Origin: Candidatus Oxydemutatoraceae bacterium
Lineage (GTDB): Bacteria; Pseudomonadota; Gammaproteobacteria; Poriferisulfidales; Oxydemutatoraceae
Length of the DNA: 64,000 nt
Assembly (NCBI GenBank): GCA_965219575.1
Contig: OZ244779.1
Span: 876,769 to 940,768, forward strand
Reading direction: 5' to 3'
A program made the position numbers and the translations under genes. This document shows, one piece after another, positions 58,343 through 64,000 of this stretch. Under the pieces are notes generated by a model, which did not search any database, was not told the origin of the DNA, and worked only from the letters and a program-made list of their open reading frames with translations. Numbering within the stretch: position 1 is the stretch's first letter; each line of letters begins with the position of its first letter.

Positions 58343-58424
58343 AAATGCAATCGCAAGCAATCTTGCTAAGTTGCTCGAGAGGGAAATGCAACCGTAGACA
58401 ATCTTGCTACGTTGCTAGAAGGGG
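58343..58424. repeat. 41-bp imperfect tandem repeat x2 upstream of the giant gene
   Basis: AAATGCAATCGCAAGCAATCTTGCTAAGTTGCTCGAGAGGG followed by AAATGCAACCGTAGACAATCTTGCTACGTTGCTAGAAGGGG. Confidence 0.8.
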
Positions 58425-58485
58425 AAAAAAGAGAGGATTATGTATATGCCCGATAAGTCGAACAAATTTATAGTGATATCCTCCG

Positions 58486-58513
58486 ATTATATCCAATTCG
58501 CCTATTTATGCAA
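58486..58513 (-). promoter_or_regulatory. Putative sigma70 promoter of the giant gene
   Basis: Minus strand reads TTGCAT-16 bp-TATAAT. Confidence 0.45.
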
Positions 58514-58619
58514 TAGCTTTGACGTTCCTGTAAGCGCAAAGTAGTAGTGTGAGACTGTTGAAAAAGTGCTTGCATCGCAAAAATTCAACCGCTTACGCCA
58601 CCCAATTACGCAAACCAAC

Positions 58620-58758
58620 TGCGCCATTTGGTTTTGGTTTCCATAAATTGTATGGATGAATGTATAAATCGTACCGATCAACGCGTTACGGGCAGAACAG
58701 AGCCGCCGATTGAGCTTGTAGAGGCTGACTCGCATGTCCGCCCGATAGGTCAATCGGC
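58620..58758. repeat. Composite repeat containing an empty IS110 target-like palindrome
   Basis: A long-repeat copy (58620-58693), then GCCGATTGA...TCAATCGGC enclosing TGTAGAGGCTGACTCGCATGTCCGCCC (58717-58743). Confidence 0.8.
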
Positions 58759-58762
58759 TATC

Positions 58763-61700
58763 CTATTGGAGGGGACCCTCTAAAAATACTTTGGCACGTA
58801 TCCTGATGACCTCGGAGGTTTCCACCTGCACCGCAAGATCAGACGAGTATACATTCCTCGTATAGGCTTGCAGATCGGTATACGCTATCCGCACACGGAA
58901 CCTATCGCCTGAGCGCACCCGATGGTTCGGAGGCACCGATAGTGTGTTCGGAACATCGTAGAAAATCTCGCTATCGCCTAAGATACCGGTCTGCCCGGCA
59001 ATGTCCTGCCAACCCGAACCGTCCCCCGCATCTATCGAACAATTATTGCCTAGACTTCCCAAACATTGTTGCCAGTAATAGGTCACAGCACCGCGCACGC
59101 CACCGTCGGTCTCACTCGTCTCGTCTATACCGGTACAGATCAATCGTGTCTCGGTGGTAGGAGATCTGACGAGGTCGTTTACCGATACCACGCCGTTATC
59201 TTCCTTGTTCGCTACCACCGAGAACATTCCTATCGTCGCAGTCGTCCCGTCACTCACTACCACCACAAAGCTGGCCGTCGCCGTATCGGCAGTCGCATCG
59301 GTTACGAAGTAGTCGCGAATAGTTAATGATGCCGTATCTCCGGACATATCGCGTGCGTTCGCATTGATGCCACTCACAAGCCAACTATAGCTTAAGCTAT
59401 CGAAGTTCTCGTCGGATGCCTCGGCAGTCATAAGCACCGTGCCCCCCTCGGTCGTCGGTGAAGGTGCAACATTAACCAGAGTAATCATCGGTGCGATGTT
59501 CGGCACCGTATACACACTGGATCGGGTCGTTTCTCGTTCGATGTTATCGATAACCATAACCTCTACTCTATAGCTTGTTCCTGCGGCTCGTGATGCTCTG
59601 TTGTCGGGGATGCGATATTCATTCTCAGTTGCACCGTCTATCGAAGTGTCGTTGATAAACCAACGAGAGCTCGTCGTCGCAATCCCGTTGGCATCGGCTA
59701 TCGTTGAAATCGTACGCAACCGCCATCTATCGTCGCTGTCTGCTTCTATGCGCACAGCACCGGTCAGCGGGGCGTCTATCAGTAGTGTGAAGCCTGTCTG
59801 CACACTACCACCTCTGCCGTCATCCGCCGACACCGTCACGATAGAGCCCGTCATGTTTCGGCTGGCATCGGTATCGGTTGCCGTGAATGTCCATGTGCCG
59901 TTAGTGGTGCTGAAGCCGTCTGTCAAGTTGCTCGGCGGTACTATTGCGATATTGTAGGTCAAGACATCGTCGTCGGCATCGCTAAAGAAGTCGGCGGTCT
60001 GTAGCTCAAACGGCACATCGACCGTTGCGACAATGGCTTGAGTCGGCACCCGATCGCCGAGTCTCGGCGGGGTATTGACGGTCACTACCAAGATGCCACT
60101 ACTGCTTAAATTTACGCTGTCGGTCGCAGTGAAGGTAATCGTTGCTACCCCGCTTTGCCGGGCGTTTAACATAAAGGTTCTACTCGTATCGGTCGTTATA
60201 TCGGCAATGCGCTGCGGCAGCACCGATACCACCGATGGAGTTGACGACACCGCCGTCAATGTAACAACATCGTCTAAATTGAAATTGCCGTCCGCAACCG
60301 AGACGACAATATCGGTCATACCGTTGATCGGTAGCGTTTGAGCCGATGACGGTGCAACCGATATCGCCGGGGCGGTGTTCTCCACCACTGTCACATCAAA
60401 CACTAATGAAGCCGTAGAGTTTACTTCGCCGGTGCCGTCGTCCACCGTTGCGGTAATCATCGCCTCACCGGGACTTTCTCCGCTAATCTCAAGCGTGCGA
60501 TCGGCACCGTCGCCGCTAATCGTTGCGCTTGCAATCGTATCGTCGGCGGAAACAACTTCTACATTCAATGTGCCGCCGTCTTCATCGTCCACCGACACAT
60601 CCACCGTGATACGACCCCTCTCAAGCAATGTGATATCGGTGTCTTGGGAGTCATCAACCCTAATCGTCGGTGTCGTGTTTTGTCCCAACCTAGCACCTAG
60701 ATTAGGCGAGTATACAGTCCTCGTATAGGCTTGCAAGTCGGTATACGCTATCCTGACACGGAACCTATCGCCTGCGCGCACCCGATGGTTTTGAGGTGAC
60801 GACAACATATCCGGAACCTCATAGAAAATATCGCTATCGCCCAAAGTGCCGGTCTGCCCGGCAATGTCCTGCCAACCCGAACCGTCCCCCGCATCTATCG
60901 AACAATGATCGCCTCGACTTCCCAAGCATTGCTGCCAGTGATAGGTCACATCGCCGCGCGCCCCACCGTCGGTCTCACCCGTCTCGTCTATGCCGGTAAA
61001 GATCAATCGTGTCTCGGTGGTAGGAGATCTGACGAGGTCGTTTACCGATACCACGCCGTTATCTTCCTTGTTCACCATCACCGAGAACATGCCTGTCGTC
61101 GCAGTCGTTCCGTCGCTCACTACCACCATAAAGCTCGCCGTCGCCGTATCGGCAGTCGCATCGGTCACAAAGTAGTCGCGAATAGTTAACGGTGCCGTAG
61201 CTCCCGACACATCGGCTTCGTCGGCATTGATGCTACTCACGCGCCACCTATAGCTTAAGCTATCGAAGTTCTCGTCGGATGCCTCGGCAGTCATACTAAC
61301 CGTGCCACCCTCGCTTACCGGGGACGGTGCGACATTAACCAGCGTAATCATCGGAGCGATATTCGCCACCATATACACATTGGATCGTGTCGTCACCGAT
61401 TGTCCGATGTTATCTACAACCGTTGCCTCCAGCCTATAGCGTGTGCCGGCGGTTCGCGACGGTCTATCGTCGGGGATGCGATAGTCATTCTCGGTTGCGC
61501 CGTCTATCAAAGTGTCGTTGATAAACCAACGATAGCTGGTTGTCGCAATCCCGTTGGCATCGGCGAGCGTTGATATCGTACGCAACCGCCATCTATCGTC
61601 GCTGACCGGTGCTATGTGCACAGCACCGGTCAGCGGCGCGTCTATCAATAGTGTGAAGCTCGCCTGCACGCGACCGCCTCTGCCGTCATCCGCCGACACC

Positions 61701-64000
61701 GTCACCGTCGACCCTGCCGTGGTTTGGCTGACATCGGCATCGGTTGCCGTGAATGTCCATGTGCCGTTAGCTGTGCTGAAGCCGTCTATCAAACCACTCG
61801 GCGGTGCTATTGCGATACCGTATGTCAATGTATCATCGTCGGCATCGCTAAAAAACTCGCTGATATCTCGCTCAAACGGCACGCCGACCGTTGCGATGAT
61901 AGCTCGGGTCGGCACCCGAGCACTGCGTGTCGGCGGAGTATTGACAACCACTTCCAAAGTGCCACTACTGCTTAAATTTACGCTGTCGGTTGCGGTGAAA
62001 GTAATCGTTGCTACACCACCCTGCAGAGCGTTTAGCGTAAAGGTTCTAACCGTATTATCTGCGATGTCGGTAATCGTCAACGGTGTCACCGACACAATGG
62101 TTCGGCTTGACGACATTGCCGTCAATGTGACTCGATCACCACCACCATAATTACTATCCGCTACCGAAACCATGATATCGGGCATAGTACCGAGCGGTAA
62201 TAATTGCGCTGTTGAGGGTGCCAGTGTAATCGTCGGTGTGGTGTTTTCTCCAAATGGCACTGCCCGCTGACCGGGCAATAAGCTACCACAACGCGGCAAC
62301 GGTGTTGCCGCATCGGTATCGCAGGCATCGACACCGGCAACCTCGTTATACAGCAGTGCCGGATATTGCTCGGTGGTGCCGAAATCCCAATCGGCAGTAC
62401 TCCAACCGGCATAGACGCCGGTTGCAGAATTGTCATTCGTCGGCATTTGCAAATCAACGGTCGTCTGAGCGGTGCCACCTCCCGGAGAAGCCGTTCGCTC
62501 ACTCGTATTGGTATCCCAGTAGCTCGCGGTTACCGGTGGGTTGGATACATGTCTATTGCCGATTAGACCGCCGATGTTATTATCACTTGAATCGGCTGTC
62601 ACTCTGACGGTTGAATAGGTGTTTGTAACGCTCGGATTAGTGCCCGTCCATAATACGGCGAGCAGACCTCCCACACTTCGGCGATTATTAGCATCATTAG
62701 CAGTGATATGCGCAGAACCCATCGCATAACTATTGCTGATAATCCCTTGATTCTCAGCCGCCAAGCCGCCAGCTTCCCTGAATCCGCTCGCCATGACCTC
62801 GGCATAGCTATTGATAATTCTGCCAAAGTTTATGCCACAGATACCGGCTGCCCAACGAAAACCTAACACAGTGCCATGCACATAACTGTTGATGATTAAC
62901 CCGGAATTTAAGCCGACTAAAAGACCGGTAATGTTTTCTCCTCCCTCAACACGGCTCTCAATCACATGAACATTGATTAGATTACCCTCGTTGCGACCGA
63001 CCAGCCCACCGACCCTAGTATTGCCCTCTACTTCTATTTCTCGCAAACCGAGATTGCGAATGGTACCGGTATTGCCGGCAAACATACCGATCTCGTTAGT
63101 GCCGTCTCTATTGATTTGCAGATTGGAAATGCTATAGCCGTTCCCTTCAAAAACACCGGCAAAACAATCACTACTCGTATCGCTACAATTATTGTTGGCA
63201 ACAGAACCGATAGGATTCCAACCGGTACTGGTACTGTTATTGGTATCAAAGTTATCCACCATCCACATCGCACTACGCGTTGTGATATTGACATAGCTCG
63301 GGATGCTTGCAAAATCCAAGTCTCTACGCAACTCATAACCCATACAGGTCTCGCTACCGCCGACCAACCGGCAACCTCGGGTGATATCGGTTGACCCGTA
63401 GCCACTGCCGTCGGTTTGATGACGCACCGCATCCAAATCTTCCAAGTAGTAGATATCTATCAAACCGTCGTCGTCATCGTCTATATCGGTTCTATTTCTA
63501 TACGGACCTAATAGACTATTAAAATCGTTGCCTTGCGCATCGGTAGACATCACCTGCACACGATACAGGGTGCCACCGTTGTCTTGTGTCGGGATGCTAA
63601 ACATCGCCGATGTCTGACCGCCTATCGTCGTCCACTCGGTATCCCCGGCATTGCGCCGTTGCCAAGTATAACTATCGATCGTGCCGTCGCCGTCGGCATC
63701 GCTTTCAGGCACGATATCAATGCTTATCGACGATACGGTCACCGTCTCGGTAAAGCTCGGTACACCGTTGTCGACTTTGACGACGGTCACCGTTCGGGCC
63801 GCACTACTACTTGTCAAACCATCTCCGACGGTCAGTGTGATTTTCACATCCCGACCAGTGGCATCACGAGACACAAAATCGATAGGCACACTGAAACTTA
63901 AAGTAGCAGCGGTTCGGTCTTGCTCGGCTAGACCGTCTAGAAAAGCCACCGGGTCCGAAGTCCATCGATACCTATAAACTGCGCGTGCCCCTCCCATAAC
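58763..64000 (-). CDS. Second large adhesin-like paralogue, 5' end outside the window; C-terminal VFLEGPLQ
   Basis: Frame is open to the window edge. It has the same GLUG-like and Ig-like modules as the giant protein, plus an internal duplication of its C-terminal block. Confidence 0.9.
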   Translation of the reverse strand, partial: VMGGARAVYRYRWTSDPVAFLDGLAEQDRTAATLSFSVPIDFVSRDATGRDVKITLTVGDGLTSSSAARTVTVVKVDNGVPSFTETVTVSSISIDIVPESDADGDGTIDSYTWQRRNAGDTEWTTIGGQTSAMFSIPTQDNGGTLYRVQVMSTDAQGNDFNSLLGPYRNRTDIDDDDDGLIDIYYLEDLDAVRHQTDGSGYGSTDITRGCRLVGGSETCMGYELRRDLDFASIPSYVNITTRSAMWMVDNFDTNNSTSTGWNPIGSVANNNCSDTSSDCFAGVFEGNGYSISNLQINRDGTNEIGMFAGNTGTIRNLGLREIEVEGNTRVGGLVGRNEGNLINVHVIESRVEGGENITGLLVGLNSGLIINSYVHGTVLGFRWAAGICGINFGRIINSYAEVMASGFREAGGLAAENQGIISNSYAMGSAHITANDANNRRSVGGLLAVLWTGTNPSVTNTYSTVRVTADSSDNNIGGLIGNRHVSNPPVTASYWDTNTSERTASPGGGTAQTTVDLQMPTNDNSATGVYAGWSTADWDFGTTEQYPALLYNEVAGVDACDTDAATPLPRCGSLLPGQRAVPFGENTTPTITLAPSTAQLLPLGTMPDIMVSVADSNYGGGDRVTLTAMSSSRTIVSVTPLTITDIADNTVRTFTLNALQGGVATITFTATDSVNLSSSGTLEVVVNTPPTRSARVPTRAIIATVGVPFERDISEFFSDADDDTLTYGIAIAPPSGLIDGFSTANGTWTFTATDADVSQTTAGSTVTVSADDGRGGRVQASFTLLIDAPLTGAVHIAPVSDDRWRLRTISTLADANGIATTSYRWFINDTLIDGATENDYRIPDDRPSRTAGTRYRLEATVVDNIGQSVTTRSNVYMVANIAPMITLVNVAPSPVSEGGTVSMTAEASDENFDSLSYRWRVSSINADEADVSGATAPLTIRDYFVTDATADTATASFMVVVSDGTTATTGMFSVMVNKEDNGVVSVNDLVRSPTTETRLIFTGIDETGETDGGARGDVTYHWQQCLGSRGDHCSIDAGDGSGWQDIAGQTGTLGDSDIFYEVPDMLSSPQNHRVRAGDRFRVRIAYTDLQAYTRTVYSPNLGARLGQNTTPTIRVDDSQDTDITLLERGRITVDVSVDDEDGGTLNVEVVSADDTIASATISGDGADRTLEISGESPGEAMITATVDDGTGEVNSTASLVFDVTVVENTAPAISVAPSSAQTLPINGMTDIVVSVADGNFNLDDVVTLTAVSSTPSVVSVLPQRIADITTDTSRTFMLNARQSGVATITFTATDSVNLSSSGILVVTVNTPPRLGDRVPTQAIVATVDVPFELQTADFFSDADDDVLTYNIAIVPPSNLTDGFSTTNGTWTFTATDTDASRNMTGSIVTVSADDGRGGSVQTGFTLLIDAPLTGAVRIEADSDDRWRLRTISTIADANGIATTSSRWFINDTSIDGATENEYRIPDNRASRAAGTSYRVEVMVIDNIERETTRSSVYTVPNIAPMITLVNVAPSPTTEGGTVLMTAEASDENFDSLSYSWLVSGINANARDMSGDTASLTIRDYFVTDATADTATASFVVVVSDGTTATIGMFSVVANKEDNGVVSVNDLVRSPTTETRLICTGIDETSETDGGVRGAVTYYWQQCLGSLGNNCSIDAGDGSGWQDIAGQTGILGDSEIFYDVPNTLSVPPNHRVRSGDRFRVRIAYTDLQAYTRNVYSSDLAVQVETSEVIRIRAKVFLEGPLQ

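Noticed and set aside
58324-58356. TTG start at 58356 for the giant ORF
   Set aside because: The ATG at 58323 gives a cleaner signal peptide, and the extension overlaps the upstream tandem repeat.
58502-58753. 83-aa minus-strand ORF between the giant genes
   Set aside because: It consists largely of the dispersed repeat elements and has no protein-like features.
20122-64000. Diversity-generating retroelement acting on the adhesins
   Set aside because: No reverse transcriptase in the window and no template/variable repeat pair with adenine-specific differences seen.

Overview
Chromosomal window from a gammaproteobacterium; the taxon is inferred from the leuB-asd-fimV-truA and lysC-csrA-tRNA-Ser gene order. 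Positions 1-20 kb hold mostly housekeeping genes (proteasome/HslV-like protease, leuA, UDG, rimI, cysG, TlpA-like thioredoxin, leuB, asd, fimV-like, truA, lysC, csrA, tRNA-Ser, a photolyase cluster, bioA, VOC, OsmC, sulfotransferase). Positions 20-64 kb hold two tandem minus-strand giant repetitive surface proteins, one of ~12,700 aa and one running off the window edge. Main findings: (1) An intact-looking IS110 element (7009-8333) sits inside a GTAG-type palindromic repeat. Its left non-coding end contains a readable bridge-RNA fold whose four guide segments match the target and donor junctions around a CA core, and circularisation would reconstitute a sigma70 promoter. (2) The giant proteins share a C-terminal IRIxxxVFLEGxLQ motif, a candidate new sorting or anchoring signal. 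The complete one has a Sec signal peptide but no recognisable T1SS, T5SS or T9SS hallmark. (3) A nested family of palindromic repeats overlaps the stop codons of several unrelated genes. All calls were read by eye; no database searches were run.
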